From: an uncultured Planctomycetota bacterium
Lineage (GTDB): Bacteria > Planctomycetota > Planctomycetia > Isosphaerales > Isosphaeraceae
Reading direction: 5' to 3'
DNA length: 64,000 nucleotides
Assembly (NCBI GenBank): GCA_963823665.1
Contig: CAWGMQ010000004.1
Coordinates: 1,568,001 to 1,632,000, forward strand
A program made the position numbers and the translations under genes. The notes beneath the pieces are model-generated. The model did not search any database. It saw nothing but the letters and a program-made list of their open reading frames with translations, and was not told the DNA's origin. Shown here one piece after another: positions 31,243-43,407 of the stretch (positions are counted from its first letter, which is position 1; each line of letters begins with the position of its first letter).

Positions 31243-31446
31243 GACTGACTCCCTCAAGAACGCGGTCCGCTTTCGGCCTGCGAGTGAAGCACCCCATTGT
31301 CCACACTTCTGAGCCGACACGTAATACCGGCTTCCGGATCGCGCCGAAGCACGAAACGAGACGCAACATCGAGCAACGATGCTTCCGCCCGCCCGCTGTC
31401 TTCCGGCTTGAGTCGCCGCGCGGTTATAGTAATAAACGAGGTAATC

Positions 31447-31677
31447 GTGATTAAGAACTCCCATCCAGCCACGGCACTTCTGGTTCTTCTCGCGGTGGTC
31501 CTGTTCGGGGCCAGTTCCAGGGCGGAGCTTCCCGAAGATCCCAAGGAACTGCTCAAGCTGCTCAAAGCGAAGGACGCCCGGTTCAACAACGTCCATGTGT
31601 ATTACATCAGGCGGGGAGAATATACCCCCGAGCCATTTCCCTACTGGAAGTTTCCGGGGCAAAAGCGGTCGCCCGAC
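31447..31677 (+). pseudogene. 5' fragment of a secreted protein, fused to a sigma-factor remnant
   Basis: GAGG then GTG; signal-peptide-like TALLVLLAVVLFGASSRA; ends abruptly at the sigma sequence. Confidence 0.5.
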
Positions 31678-32609
31678 GGGTCGCGCTGCGGTCTCGGGCG
31701 GATCGCGCCCGGCGGCGCGTGTGCGAAAGACGCGCTGCGGAAACGAAAACCGACCACGAGGCGACCCCGCCCGAGTCGTGGCCGGAAATCCATGAGGAGA
31801 TCGGCCTGCTGCCGGAGAGATACCGGGAGCCGGTGGTGCTCTGCTACCTGGAGGGGCTGAGCACCGAGGCGGCTGCGCTCCGGCTCGGCTGCCCCAAGGG
31901 AACTGTGCGGTCCCGATTGTCGCGGGCACGGGAGCGCGTGCAGCGCAAGCTCAAGCGCCGTGGCTTGCTGCCGACGGGCATCCTGCCCGTCGCACGATCG
32001 CCGGAGGCAACACAGGTTGCGATTTCTCCAGCCCTCGTGAGCGCGACGGTTCGTGCGTCATTGAGATTCTCGGAACAACCCTCGATAGCGGCCGGTTTGT
32101 CATCAACGACCACTGTCAGCCTCGCTACAGGAGTGATTTACGCCATGACGATCACGAAAACGAAGATTTGCCGCGCCGTGCTGGCGTGCGTTCTCACATT
32201 GGGCACATTGCATACCTTTGCTCGTCAGCCCGGTGGCCCGGCCGCGCCTGGAAAAACGGCAGTGCCCGCACCAAGAGCCAACGAACGCGAGGCAGCGCTG
32301 ATCCTCCGCTCGGAGGCCGCGCGTCACGCCTTCGAGATGACCGCAAAGGACCTGAGCTCGGGCCGATTGACGGACATTGAAGTGCTTTACCGCTGGTCAC
32401 ATCGCTGGATGGACGCAGATGTTGCAGCAAGTAAAACCAAGCAGGAGCGCATAGCGGCCGCAGAGGCCCACTTGAAGCGCATGCAGCAACTCGAAAAGGC
32501 CGCGCCTGAACTGAAGAAGGTGGCGGACGTTTTCCCGGCATCTGCCGAAGCCGCGGCCACGTATTATCGTCTGGACGCGGAGGACTCCCTGGCCGAGGCA
32601 CGACGCTGA
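31678..32609 (+). pseudogene. 5'-truncated ECF sigma factor with a C-terminal TM extension
   Basis: RVALRSRADRARRR, then LPERYREPVVLCYLEGLSTEAAALRLGCPKGTVRSRLSRARERV; most of region 2 is missing. Confidence 0.75.
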
Positions 32610-32633
32610 ACGGGAAGAAGTGAACCAGGAACT

Positions 32634-35450
32634 TCACCGATTCCGATCCGATGATGAATCTTCCTTCGGAGATGCGGCCGGTCCGATGGGTGCGAGCGCC
32701 TTGGCGAGAAACTGGCCGGTTGGCGTCTGCGACCTCGCAACGTCTTCGGGCGTTCCTTCAGCCACAAGGCGGCCGCCTGAGTCGCCACCACCGGGGCCCA
32801 GATCGATGATCCAATCGGCGGAAGCCATTACCTCGGGGCGATGCTCGATGACGATCACCGAATGGCCGCGCTCGACCAGTGAGCCGAGCGCTTCGTTCAA
32901 TTTTTCGACGTCGAGCGGATGCAGCCCCGCGGCGGGCTCATCCAGCAGAAATACCGTGTGAGGCGGTGCTCCGGGGCGTTTGAGGGCAGACAGAGAGCGA
33001 GCGAGGAAGCTGGCGAGCTTGAGCCGCTGTGCCTCGCCACCGGACAGCGTGCTCAAGGGCTGCCCCAGTCTCAGATAGTCCAGGCCGATGTCGAGCATCG
33101 AGCGGAGGCGCGATTGAACCCTCGGACGGTTGCGGAAGAAGGAAAGAGCCTCGCGCACGGTGAGATCAAGGACTTCAGCGATGTTCTTGCCGCGATAAGT
33201 GACTTCGAGGACTTCGGGACGATACCGCGTGCCTCGACACTCCGGGCAGCGGACGCGAACGTCCGGCAGGAACTGCATGTCGATCGTCAAGAATCCGTTT
33301 CCTTGACACGTGTTGCACCTTCCCCCCTCGACGTTGAAGCTGAAGCGCCCGGCGTCGTAGTTCCTGAGCTTCGCCTCGTGGGTCGCCGCGAACGTCCGGC
33401 GAATCTCGTCGAACGCATTCGAGTGAGTGGCGGGATTGGAGCGAGCCGACCTGACTAGCGGCGACCGGTCAAGCAGCACAACGTGGGCCACATCAGCATG
33501 CACGATCAATTCGTCGTGAGCAGCGGACAGGATAGGCTCACCGCTCAAACGCTGTCGCAGAGCAGGGAAGAGTGTCTCCTTCACGAGGGTGCTCTTCCCC
33601 GAGCCGCTCACGCCAGTCACGACGCAGAGCACGCCGAGCGGGAATGTGACGTCGATCGCCTTGAGGTTATTGCCCCGCGCTCCCTTGACCGTGAGGTTTC
33701 GCGCAGGACCGCTGGCGGCGGCGCTCGGGCACGCGCACACGCTTGCGGCCGGAAAGATAGTCGGCAGTGGCCGAGCGCTCCACCTGGGCAAGTCCGGCGA
33801 TCGCTCCGGCATAGAGGACTTCTCCGCCTGAAGAACCGGCTCCCGGGCCCAGGTCCACGACGTGGTCGGAACCGCGGATCACGTCGTGATCGTGCTCGAC
33901 AACCACGAGCGAGTTTCCCTGGTCGCGCAGCCGGTGCAGCATGGCGATCAATCGGCCGGCGTCATGCGGATGCAAGCCCGAGGTCGGCTCATCGAGGATG
34001 TACAACGTGCTCACCAGCCCGGAGCCGAGTGTCCTGGTCAGAATGACGCGCTGGAGCTCGCCTTCGGCAAGGCTTGAAGCCGGCCGGTCGAGCTGCAAGT
34101 ATTCGAGGCCGACTTCCGCCAGATAGCCGAGCCGGTTGGCGATTTGAGCGAGTATGGTCCGAAAAGCGGGATCGTCTTGGAGTCCGTTCGACTGATGAAA
34201 GAATGCCGTCAATTCGCGGACGGTCATGGCCGAGAGCTCGGCGATGTTCCGGCCGCCGATCTTGACGGCAAGAGCCTCGGGCCTGAGGCGCGCCCCGTGA
34301 CAACCCGCGCAGTCTTCAAGCCGCCGGAAACGACTTAAGAACAACCGGTTCCGAATCCGGTGCGTGGCGCCTCAACCTCGCGAAAGAAACCATGGATGCC
34401 CGAGAAGCCTCCGGCGGCAGCGCCGTGGATGAGCAACTGGACCTGGGCGGGATCGAGCGAATCGAAGGGGATGTCGACGGCAACGCCGATCTCGCCGGCG
34501 CCCGCGACCAGATCATCGAGATAACGGCGAAAAGCCGGAATCGACCAGGGCGCAATCGCACCCGAGCGGATCGATAGCGACGGGTCGGGAATGATCCGGC
34601 TCAGGTCGAGCTCCATCGTCCGGCCGGTTCCTTCGCAGGTCCCGCAGGCGCCCAGCGGGTTGTTGTAGCGAAAGAGCGCCGGCTGAGGCTCGATGTGGTC
34701 GGTTCCACACCGGCTGCATCGCCAGCCGCGGACGAACGTATGCGACTCTCCCGATGCGATGATCCGGCATCGTCCCAGCCCCTCTTCAAAGGCTGTTTCG
34801 ATCGAATCGGTGCGGCGGTCGAGACGATCGCCCCCGCGAACCAGGCGGTCGACGATGACCTCGACCGACGCATGCTCGGGCAGCGCGGGGCAGGGGCCAT
34901 CGAGCATCGCCGCCTGGCCGTCGATTCGGAGGCGTGTGAACCCGCGGCACGCAATGAAGCGAACAGTGCCGCCTGGTCGGTTCTCGGAGCGGATCTCGAG
35001 CGGAAAACCGACCTCGTAGCGCGTGCCTTCGGGCATCGCTTCGATGGCGCGAGAGACCGACTCCGGAGAGGCCGGTGCGACAAGCTCGCCACACTGGCGG
35101 CACACAACTTGACCGGCCCGCGTGAAGAGCAAGCCGAGCGCGTGGTGGATCTCGGTGATGGTGCCAATCGTGCTGCGCGTCGCGTGGCGAATGCGGGGCA
35201 ATGTTACGGCGATCGCTGGCGGTATTCCAGCAATCAGCTCGGCGTCGGGCTTATCAAGCCGTACCAGGAATTGGCGCGCGTACGGTGAGAACGTTTCGAC
35301 GTAGCGCCGGTGTCCCTCTGCGTAGAGTGTGTCCAGGGCCAGCGAGCTCTTGCCGGCGCCGCTCGGGCCGGTGATGACGATCAATTGCTTGAGCGGCAAG
35401 TCGAGGTCAATTGCCTTCAAGTTGTGGGTGCGCACGCCGCGCAGCTTCAT
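32634..35450 (-). CDS. uvrA: Excinuclease ABC subunit UvrA-like protein (several apparent frameshifts)
   Basis: RTHNLK, GPSGAGKSSLA, G.C..C.G.G zinc motifs, LDEPTSGLHP, GVSGSGKS, LSGGEAQRLKLA. Confidence 0.9.
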
Positions 35451-35535
35451 TGATGAAGGCGCCTCGGACCTCGTGTGCAAGTGGTGAGTTGTTACGACGG
35501 AAGGGTCTTCACTTCGGGCCTCTGCCGACAGGCAG

Positions 35536-35568
35536 CCCTCACCCCGCCCCTCTCCCGCAGGGAAAGGG
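35536..35568 (+). repeat. REP-like palindrome upstream of uvrA
   Basis: CCCTCACCCCGCCCCTCTCCCGCAGGGAAAGGG, a common REP-type shape. Confidence 0.5.
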
Positions 35569-35833
35569 AGCTTGGGTTGGGAAGCGGATGAGCCGCCGCC
35601 ACGGCCTTTGTTGTTCGCACGGCTCTTCACAATGCGTTCGCTCCCGCACTTGCCCATTTTACGCCGTCGGGCGGCGTGATGCATCGGACGTTTCTTTGAT
35701 TTCTAAAATGTGGAAACGATAAAAAATAATTAGCCTCGCAGATAACCCAGTTTATAGTTGCTCAAGCTTTGTCGGATACGTTAAACTGAAACAAGACGTT
35801 ATTGATCGGATTTCACGCAGCTCGGAGGTAGAG

Positions 35834-36076
35834 ATGAGCGGAATCGACACCGTGGCCGCGGCCGTCAAGGACAAGGCACACAGCTTCAAGTATATCCGCA
35901 AGGCCACGGGCCTGAAGCTCTCCGACGACCAGTTTCTGGCCCTGATCAAGGAGAATCAAGAGCGGCTCGAGTTCACTCGCATCCGGCGGGCGGACTCTGC
36001 CGGCAAGGTCGTCCGACCCGGCTGGCCGGGTGTGAAGCTTCGAGCGGAAGCGCGACCACTTGATTCGCTCGCGTGA
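35834..36076 (+). CDS. Small hypothetical protein (80 aa)
   Basis: GGAGG before the ATG; GC3-rich codons; AT-rich promoter-like region upstream. Confidence 0.7.
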   Translation: MSGIDTVAAAVKDKAHSFKYIRKATGLKLSDDQFLALIKENQERLEFTRIRRADSAGKVVRPGWPGVKLRAEARPLDSLA

Positions 36077-36270
36077 AGCCAGCGGGCCGGGAGACGCCGG
36101 GTGGATCGATCGACGCCGATCGTGCGGGCGGTCTTGAGATCCCGATCGCGTTTACCGTCGGTGCGGATGCGGTGACGCAAACTCGCACAATCTCCTGTCG
36201 CTAAAGTCTGGTGTCCATTATCATTGCTAGAGTGGACGCCAAACGGGGCCAGGCCAAACATTCGGTGCAC

Positions 36271-36981
36271 GTGAAGGGCTTCCAGACAACGCGCTGGAGC
36301 TTGATTTTCGCTGCGCGCGACGGCGAGGCCGAGGAAGCCAGAGAGGCCCTGGCGGCTCTCTGCGGCGCGTACTGGTACCCGCTTTATGCATTCGTGCGCC
36401 GCAAAGGGCACGACGCGGAAACGGCCCAGGATCTTGTCCAGGGTTTCTTCGCGCGGCTGCTGGAGAACCGCGACCTGCAAACAGTCGATCGCGGCAAAGG
36501 CAAATTTCGATCTTTCTTGATGGCAGGGTGCACCCATTATCTGGCGAACCAGAGAGACCGTGAGCGGGCCAAGAAGCGCGGCGGCCAGCGGGCCGCCATC
36601 TCGATCGACGGCCTGACCGCCGAAGGTCGATATCGCTGCGAGCCATCGCACCAACTGACCGCCGAGCGTTTGTTCGAGAAACAGTGGGCGCTGACACTCC
36701 TGGACCGAGTCATCGAACGGCTGGATTTGGAAATGTCGCAGGCCGGCAAGGCCCGGCAGTTCGCGGCGCTCAAACCGGCGCTTCTGGGCGGGGCTGCGCG
36801 AACCCCGTTCGGGCAGATCGCCGCCGAGCTGGGGCTTTCCGAGGATGCGGCCCGCGCAGCCGCACACCGGCTGCGCCGCCGATATCGCGATCTGCTGCGG
36901 AATGAAGTCGCACGCACTCTGGACGACCCTGCTCAAGTTGAAGAGGAAATCGCCGCCTTGTTCTCTGCCCTGGGCTACTGA
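36271..36981 (+). CDS. ECF sigma factor of the kinase-associated 'FxTTRWS' type
   Basis: FQTTRWSLI, YWYPLYAFVRR, AQDLVQGFF, GKFRSFL, IAAELGLSE..ARAAAHRLRRRY. Confidence 0.88.
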   Translation: MKGFQTTRWSLIFAARDGEAEEAREALAALCGAYWYPLYAFVRRKGHDAETAQDLVQGFFARLLENRDLQTVDRGKGKFRSFLMAGCTHYLANQRDRERAKKRGGQRAAISIDGLTAEGRYRCEPSHQLTAERLFEKQWALTLLDRVIERLDLEMSQAGKARQFAALKPALLGGAARTPFGQIAAELGLSEDAARAAAHRLRRRYRDLLRNEVARTLDDPAQVEEEIAALFSALGY

Positions 36982-37039
36982 AGCAAACGGTGCGAAAGGT
37001 GCCGCGGCAGAATTGCGGGCTCGCCCGTCCGTCTGCGAT

Positions 37040-39719
37040 TGCGACCGAGAGTACTAGCGGAGGCTCTTCCGACGGCCGACAAGCTGATCTGCCCGGAATG
37101 CGGCGGCGAAATGTCGGCGAATGCTCCAGGCGGGCGGTTTGTCCGCGCTGCCTGATGAATGCAGCCCTCGTCGATTCGGCGATCAGTGAGCCGGCAGAGG
37201 AATTCAAGCGCGTCGTACTCGAGCTGGGAATTGCGGACCCGGAGGCCATCGAGACAGCCGCGAGTGGCCAGAGCTCGGGTCTGCCGGAACTGATGCGATC
37301 GCTGATCCAGGCTCAGGTACTTACCGCTTATCAGGCACGTGCCATCGAGCAAGGAAAGGCGCGCGGGCTGGTCATCAGCCGTTATCTGATTCTCGACAAG
37401 CTCGGCGAGGGCGGAATGGGCGTCGTCTTCAAAGCGCGACACCGTGTATTGAACCGGCTGGTGGCGCTCAAGATCCTGCCGCCGTCGTTCGCGCGAAATG
37501 AAGAACTTGTGCTCCGCTTTCGCCGCGAGATGCATGCGTGCGCGCGTTTGAACCACCCCAACGTCGTCGCCGTGCTCGATGCAGACGAGGATCGCGGCGT
37601 CTACTTCCTCGCGATGGAGTACATCGAAGGGCGCGATCTCGACCACCTGATTCGCGAGCACGGCCCCTTGCCGGTCGAAGAGGCACTCGAGTGCACCGTC
37701 CAGGCAGCCCGGGGACTCGAAGCGGCCCACGCGCGAGGGATCGTGCACCGTGACATCAAACCGGCCAATCTCATGCTGGACGCCTCCGGCACCGTGCGCG
37801 TTCTGGATCTGGGGCTGGCGCGGCTCCTTGGCGACTCGTCGCCGGCAGGGTCGAGCACGCCCCATCATCTGACTCGACCCGGAGTCTACATGGGGACGGT
37901 CGATTTCATGGCTCCGGAGCAAGCCGAAGATTCGCACAACGTCGATCATCGCGCGGACATTTACAGCCTCGGCTGCTCGCTCTATTTTCTCTTGACCGGC
38001 CGCCCGCCGTTCGAGGGCACGACGGCGATCAGCCGGCTCATGGCCCACCAGTCTGAACCCCCGCCGTCGATTCGCAAGACACGCCCCGAACTGCCCGCGA
38101 CGCTCGAGGCTGTCTACCTCGCGATGATGGGCAAGCGCCCGGACGACCGTCCACAGTCCATGGCCGATGTGATTGCTCGGCTCATTTCCTGTCGCAGCAG
38201 CTCGGTGGTCGACGTGCATCTCTCCATCGAGTCATTCTCGAGCACCGTGGTAGAGAAAAACGCGTTGGTACGGGCGGCGCTGGACCCGACAATCTTCCGC
38301 GGCCGTGACTCCTCGGGAGGAACTCGGATCGAGGCCCAGCTCGACTTCGAGGACGGCGGGCCCGCGGATCGATCTGGCGAGCTTACGCGCACCGAGGACG
38401 AGCCGGCATGTCTCGAACGCAGCGGATCGGGCCTTTTTTCAAAGCATATTCCGCATCGACCAAGGCGAATGGCCGCGGTTTGCGTCTCAGCCGTGCTGGT
38501 GTCGTTGGGCCTCATCTACGTCGCCGCGATGTGGCGTGGCGGTGGTCGTCATGGAGCGGCGGCGCCACCCAGGACATCGACCACGCCGCCGGATGTCGCA
38601 TCGGCCCCGACGGGAGAGCCGAGTGACTCCTCGAGCAGGCCTCCGGAGACGCCGAATCCCGCTTCCGAGGAAGTCGCCGTCAACGCACCCAAGAAAATGC
38701 CGGAGCCGCCGCCGCCCGAGGCTGCCGTCGATCGGGCCGCCCCCAGCCGCAAGACGGCTCGTGACTCGTCGAAGCCGAAGGCCGCCACGATACCGAGTTT
38801 CAACGTCGCCCCGATCTTCGCCAGACACAAAGGACCCGTGAATGCGATCGCCGTCACTGGCGACGGCAAACTCGCGCTCAGCGCCGGAGCCGACCATTCG
38901 GTCAGGCTCTGGGAGGTCGCCACCGGCAAGCAAGTCCTGGAGCTCCCTCCGCATCCTTCCCCTGTCCTGGATATTGCAATGACGCCAGACGGCGTGTTTG
39001 CTTTGACAGTCACCCGAGGAAGGCCCAACACGAATGGAGCGATTCGTCTGTGGAACCTGCGAACGCGCCAGCCGGTGATGAATGGGATTGGCCAATCTCC
39101 CCATACCGGCTCGATCCAGGGCGTGGCGTTCGTGCCTAACAATCGCGCTCTGACGGGCGGTCACGACGGCCATGCGATCCTCTGGAACCTCCGTGTCGGC
39201 CGGCCGATCGGCAAGCTCGGGGCGTCGCAGAACGGAGTCGTCCGAATGCACGCCCTCGCGGCCTTTCCAGACGGCCGCCGCGCCTTGACGGGCGGCGAGG
39301 ACGGAATTGTGCACGTCTGGAACCTCGGGACTCGTGCACAATCCGCGCAATGGAGCGGCCACGAAGGCCCGATCAGCGATCTCGCGCTCTCGGACGATGG
39401 CCGCCGCGCCGTGACGGCCAGCCGTGATCACACCGTCATCCTCTGGGACGCCGTGCACAGCTCCCGGTTGCGCCGCTTCCGGATGCCGGGAGAGGACAGG
39501 CCCAAAGCCGTGGCCATACTTCCGGACGGAAACGTGCTCGCGGCTGGGTTGCTCGGCCATGTGATTCTTTGGGATGCCAGCACCGGCGCGATCCTTCGCC
39601 AGGCCCAGCCGCCATTTACTCCTCACGACGAACTCATCGTTCTGCCGCCTGACGCACGACAATTCTTGACGGCCGACCAGGACGGCGTGGTCAGGATCTG
39701 GACCGTGAGGGAGCCCTAG
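37040..39719 (+). CDS. Ser/Thr protein kinase with TM segment and C-terminal WD40 repeats; N-terminal zinc ribbon (start uncertain, apparent frameshift near 37130)
   Basis: CPECG...CPRCL across two frames; LGEGGMGVV, HRDIKPAN, DLGLAR, APEQ; WD40 repeats. Confidence 0.9.
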
Positions 39720-39738
39720 CCTCCGCCGATCGCCACGC

Positions 39739-40228
39739 TCAGCCCTCAAGCTCTTCCTTGAGCCGCTTGTAAGCTTCCACCGCCATGCGGTCACACGCCT
39801 CATTCTCCGGGTGGCCACGATGGCCGAGAACGTGCGTCACTCGAACCTGGTGGATTGCCAGGAGTGAGTCGATCTTCTGCCAGAGATCGACATTCGATAC
39901 CGGTTTGAAAGTACGACCTTCTTTCCGCTGCCATCCCTGGCGCTTCCACATGGGTAGCCACTCATTGATTCCCTTGGCGACGTATTGACTGTCCGTGACC
40001 ACCTCAACCTGGCAAGGCCGCTTGAGGCTCGACAGTCCTTCGATCACGCCTTGCAACTCCATCCGGTTGTTCGTCGTGTTCGGCTCGGCACCGGAAGAAT
40101 CGATCGTATGACCGCTGGCGGGGTGCTGCGAGAATGAAAGCCCAGCCCCCAGGGCCGGGATTTCCACTGCACGCTCCGTCCGTGAAGAGCCGCACCGTGT
40201 CTTTCGGCGCACCGGCGTCATGCACCAT
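39739..40228 (-). CDS. rnhA: Ribonuclease HI (apparent frameshift near 40140)
   Basis: [46 protein letters not shown]. Confidence 0.92.
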
Positions 40229-40243
40229 CGACCATTCCTTAGC

Positions 40244-40849
40244 TCAGTACTTGCGAACGACCCCGACCAGGACGCCCAGCACGTTCACCCGGTCGCGGTA
40301 GATCGGCTTCATCGTTTTGTTGGCGGGCTCAAGTCGAATTCGATTCCGATCGCGATAAATCTTCTTGAGAGTCGCCTCGCCGTCTTCGTCCCGCACGGCA
40401 ACGATCTGCCCATCGCGAGCCTGCTCCTGCCGCTTGATGATGACATAGTCGCCATCGGCAATGTGCTCGTCGATCATCGAATCACCGGAAACCTTCAGTG
40501 CGAACTTGTCGCCCGGCTCCATCCAGTCCGTGAACGTCAGCTCTTCTTGCTGCTCAACGGCTTCGATCGGCTGCCCGGCAGCGATGCGCCCGATGAGCTT
40601 CAGACCCATAAGATGCGCATTCACTGGGTCTTCGAGCAATTGAATTGCCCGCGACATGTTCGGCTCGCGGTGGATCAGGCCCTTCTTTTGAAGTGCCTTC
40701 AGATGGCACATCACTCCGTTGGGGCTCTTGATCTGGAAGTGCACGCCGATCTCACGGACGGTCGGTCCGTAACCGCGGCCCTGAATCTTGCTTCGAATGA
40801 AGTTGTAGATCTCTCTCTGTCGGGCGGTAAGTGCATCCAGGTCAGCCAT
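40244..40849 (-). CDS. lexA: SOS repressor LexA
   Basis: LTARQ, PTVREI, IAAGQP cleavage site, GDSM, ATLKK; GGAGGA upstream. Confidence 0.95.
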   Translation of the reverse strand: MADLDALTARQREIYNFIRSKIQGRGYGPTVREIGVHFQIKSPNGVMCHLKALQKKGLIHREPNMSRAIQLLEDPVNAHLMGLKLIGRIAAGQPIEAVEQQEELTFTDWMEPGDKFALKVSGDSMIDEHIADGDYVIIKRQEQARDGQIVAVRDEDGEATLKKIYRDRNRIRLEPANKTMKPIYRDRVNVLGVLVGVVRKY

Positions 40850-41119
40850 GGATTCCTCCTCCTTTTGCGAAAGCGGCCGAAGTTGGATGACCTGTGCCAG
40901 CATGGTCTCCATGCGACACGGGCGATCAGTAACTGACTCTTTGAGTGCTAATGTACACAGGTTGGCTAGCGCACGCGAGAACATTTTCCCGAAAAAGTTG
41001 AGACACCTCGCGGCTTGACCGGAACAAGCGCCCTCGAAAAGGAACGAGGTCTTGTCCGAGCAAGCCCGAGACATTACATCTCAGAGTGTCTAAATTTGAG
41101 CCACTTCAGGGGGAGAGCC

Positions 41120-41890
41120 ATGACGTCGCCGACAAAGATTCTGGCCTTGCATGCACATCCGGACGACATCGAGTTTCAGTGCGCCGGCACCTTGATCCTG
41201 CTGCGCGAGGCGGGTTGTGAGGTGACGATCGCCACGATGACTCCGGGTGACTGCGGCAGCGCCGTCCACGATGCAGAGGCGATCGCCGCCATCCGCCGCG
41301 AGGAAGCGGCAGCGGCGGCCGCCATGATCGGTGCCCGGTACATCTGTCTGGAATTTCGCGATCTCGCGATCTTCAACGACGATGAATCGCGGCGCCGGGT
41401 CACCGAGGTGCTGCGGCGAGTTGCGCCTTCGATCATTCTGACTGCCCCCCCTTCGGACTACATCGCCGACCACGAGATGACCAGCCTGCTGGTGCGGGAT
41501 GCTTGCTTCGCCGCCTCCTGCCCCAACTACGCAACGCGACAGTGGGATCCGGCGGTTCCACTCGTGGAGATTCCACACCTTTACTTCGTCCATCCGGTCG
41601 AGGGTCGCGACCGCGACGGCCGCGCGGTGCCGGTCGACTTTCAAGTTGACGTCTCCCGAGTTTTCGACACGAAGCGCCAGATGCTCGCCTGTCACGCCAG
41701 CCAGCGTGACTGGCTCATGCGCCAGCATGGGATCGATGAATACCTCGCGATGCAGGAGCGATGGGGCGGGTTGGTCGGGGCGGAGATTGGCGTGGCTCAG
41801 GCAGAGGCGTTTCGCCAGTATCGCGGCCACCCGTATCCGCAGGACAATCTGCTGCTTCAGTTGGTGGGAACAGCCGGCCGTTCGAAGTAG
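41120..41890 (+). CDS. PIG-L family deacetylase
   Basis: HAHPDD, RREEA, DH, HASQ motifs. Confidence 0.9.
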   Translation: MTSPTKILALHAHPDDIEFQCAGTLILLREAGCEVTIATMTPGDCGSAVHDAEAIAAIRREEAAAAAAMIGARYICLEFRDLAIFNDDESRRRVTEVLRRVAPSIILTAPPSDYIADHEMTSLLVRDACFAASCPNYATRQWDPAVPLVEIPHLYFVHPVEGRDRDGRAVPVDFQVDVSRVFDTKRQMLACHASQRDWLMRQHGIDEYLAMQERWGGLVGAEIGVAQAEAFRQYRGHPYPQDNLLLQLVGTAGRSK

Positions 41891-42723
41891 TCGATGATCT
41901 GGGCGATCGTGCTTCTCAGGTCGCGGCGGTGCACGATCCGGTCCACGAACCCGTGCTCACAGAGGAACTCGCTGGTCTGAAAGCCGCTCGGCAGTTGAAC
42001 CCGGACAGTCTGTTCGATGACTCGCGGGCCGGCAAATCCGATCAGGGCCTTCGGCTCGGCCAGGATCAGGTCTCCCAGTGACGCAAAGCTGGCCGCGACC
42101 CCGCCCATGGTGGGGTGCGTCAGCACGCTGACGTACAGCCCTCCAGCGGCGTGGAATCGTCCCAGGGCGGTCGAGACCTTTGCCATCTGCATGAGTGAGA
42201 AAATGCCCTCGTGCATTCTGGCACCACCGCCTGATCCGGAGACGATGACCAGCGGAAGCTGCTGGCGTGTGGCTTCCTCAATGGCCCGCGTGAGCTTTTC
42301 GCCGACGACAGACCCCATGCTCCCCATGATGAAGCCGCTGTCCGTCAGCCCGAGCACGATGCGAATGCCCTTGATATAGCCTTGGCCGACGACCGCGGCT
42401 TCTTCCAGGCCGGTTCGCTCCTGTTCGCTCTTGACGCGCTCGGGATAGGGGCGCCGATCGTTGAAACCCAGGGGATCCATGGGCTCGAGACCGGAGAACC
42501 ATTCCTCGAACGTTTCGAGATCAAGGAGCTGCTCGATCCGCTCGCGGGCCGGGACGACGAAATGGTGGCCGCACTCGCCACAGACGCCCAGGTTTTGCTC
42601 GACCTGTTTGCGGAAAAGGGTCGCCTGGCATCCGTCACAGCGCATCCAGACGCCTTCGGGCACTCGTTTGCCTTCGAAGTGCTCGTGCCAGGCGTTTGGC
42701 GCTCTTCCTTCCCGCGCTGGCAT
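41857..42723 (-). CDS. accD: Acetyl-CoA carboxylase carboxyltransferase beta subunit
   Basis: C..C...[41 protein letters not shown]. Confidence 0.95.
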   Translation of the reverse strand: MPAREGRAPNAWHEHFEGKRVPEGVWMRCDGCQATLFRKQVEQNLGVCGECGHHFVVPARERIEQLLDLETFEEWFSGLEPMDPLGFNDRRPYPERVKSEQERTGLEEAAVVGQGYIKGIRIVLGLTDSGFIMGSMGSVVGEKLTRAIEEATRQQLPLVIVSGSGGGARMHEGIFSLMQMAKVSTALGRFHAAGGLYVSVLTHPTMGGVAASFASLGDLILAEPKALIGFAGPRVIEQTVRVQLPSGFQTSEFLCEHGFVDRIVHRRDLRSTIAQIIDYFERPAVPTN

Positions 42724-42813
42724 CAAAAGGCTCCTTGATCGGTCAGTCGCGAATCCTCAAGGCGGGTTGAGGCTGCTTGCATGCCGGGCCCGTCGTGCGA
42801 AAAAGACACGTGG

Positions 42814-43407
42814 TCACGCTGTCCCGTTGCGCAACAGCACGGGCGCGATTTCAATCATCTCGAAATCCCCGCAAGACCACTGCTCGTCGAGCTGAACTCG
42901 TGGCTCGCACCGCAGATACGATGCGACCATGCTGGCCAGCGGCTCCGCCACGACAAGCCCGATCGACTCATCGTGATGACGTCGTAAAATCGGCCTGAAC
43001 GCCGCTTTGATTCGGCCCATGGCGCACTCGAAAGTCTCACCCTGGGGTGGACAGATCGTCTCCGGGGCTTCGATCCACTGGCGATACAGCTTGGTGTTCC
43101 GGCGCTTGATCTCGTTGATCTGCAAGCCTTGCCACAATCCCTGGTCCAGGTTGCGGAATTCGTCCAGCCGCTTCGGGCGCACGCCCAGCGCCTTGCCGAC
43201 GATCTCGGCCGTATGAGTCACGCTCTCGCCCGGGCCGCAATACAGCGCCGAAAGGCAATCGGCAGCGAGGCTGCGAGCCAGCATCGGCACCATCCGTGTG
43301 ACTTCCGAATGCCCACGCTCGGAGAGGGGGATGTCCAGAATCCCTTGCAGGCGATTTTGCTCGTCGTAAACAGTCGCGCCGGGACGGATCAGAACCAATT
43401 GGCACAT
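42814..43407 (-). CDS. Histidine phosphatase / phosphoglycerate-mutase family protein with a degenerate RHG motif
   Basis: LIRPGAT...LQG..DIPLS..G, LDQGLWQGL, PPQGET. Confidence 0.8.
   Translation of the reverse strand: MCQLVLIRPGATVYDEQNRLQGILDIPLSERGHSEVTRMVPMLARSLAADCLSALYCGPGESVTHTAEIVGKALGVRPKRLDEFRNLDQGLWQGLQINEIKRRNTKLYRQWIEAPETICPPQGETFECAMGRIKAAFRPILRRHHDESIGLVVAEPLASMVASYLRCEPRVQLDEQWSCGDFEMIEIAPVLLRNGTA

Noticed and set aside
29596..31929. 777-aa ORF as one long RtcB fusion
   Set aside because: The likely start is 31242; the extension is antisense to other genes and the tail is out-of-frame read-through after a frameshift.
40930..41095. Possible LexA box upstream of lexA (TGTACA, AGACA...TGTCT)
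   Set aside because: No convincing palindrome shared with the uvrA or recQ upstream regions.
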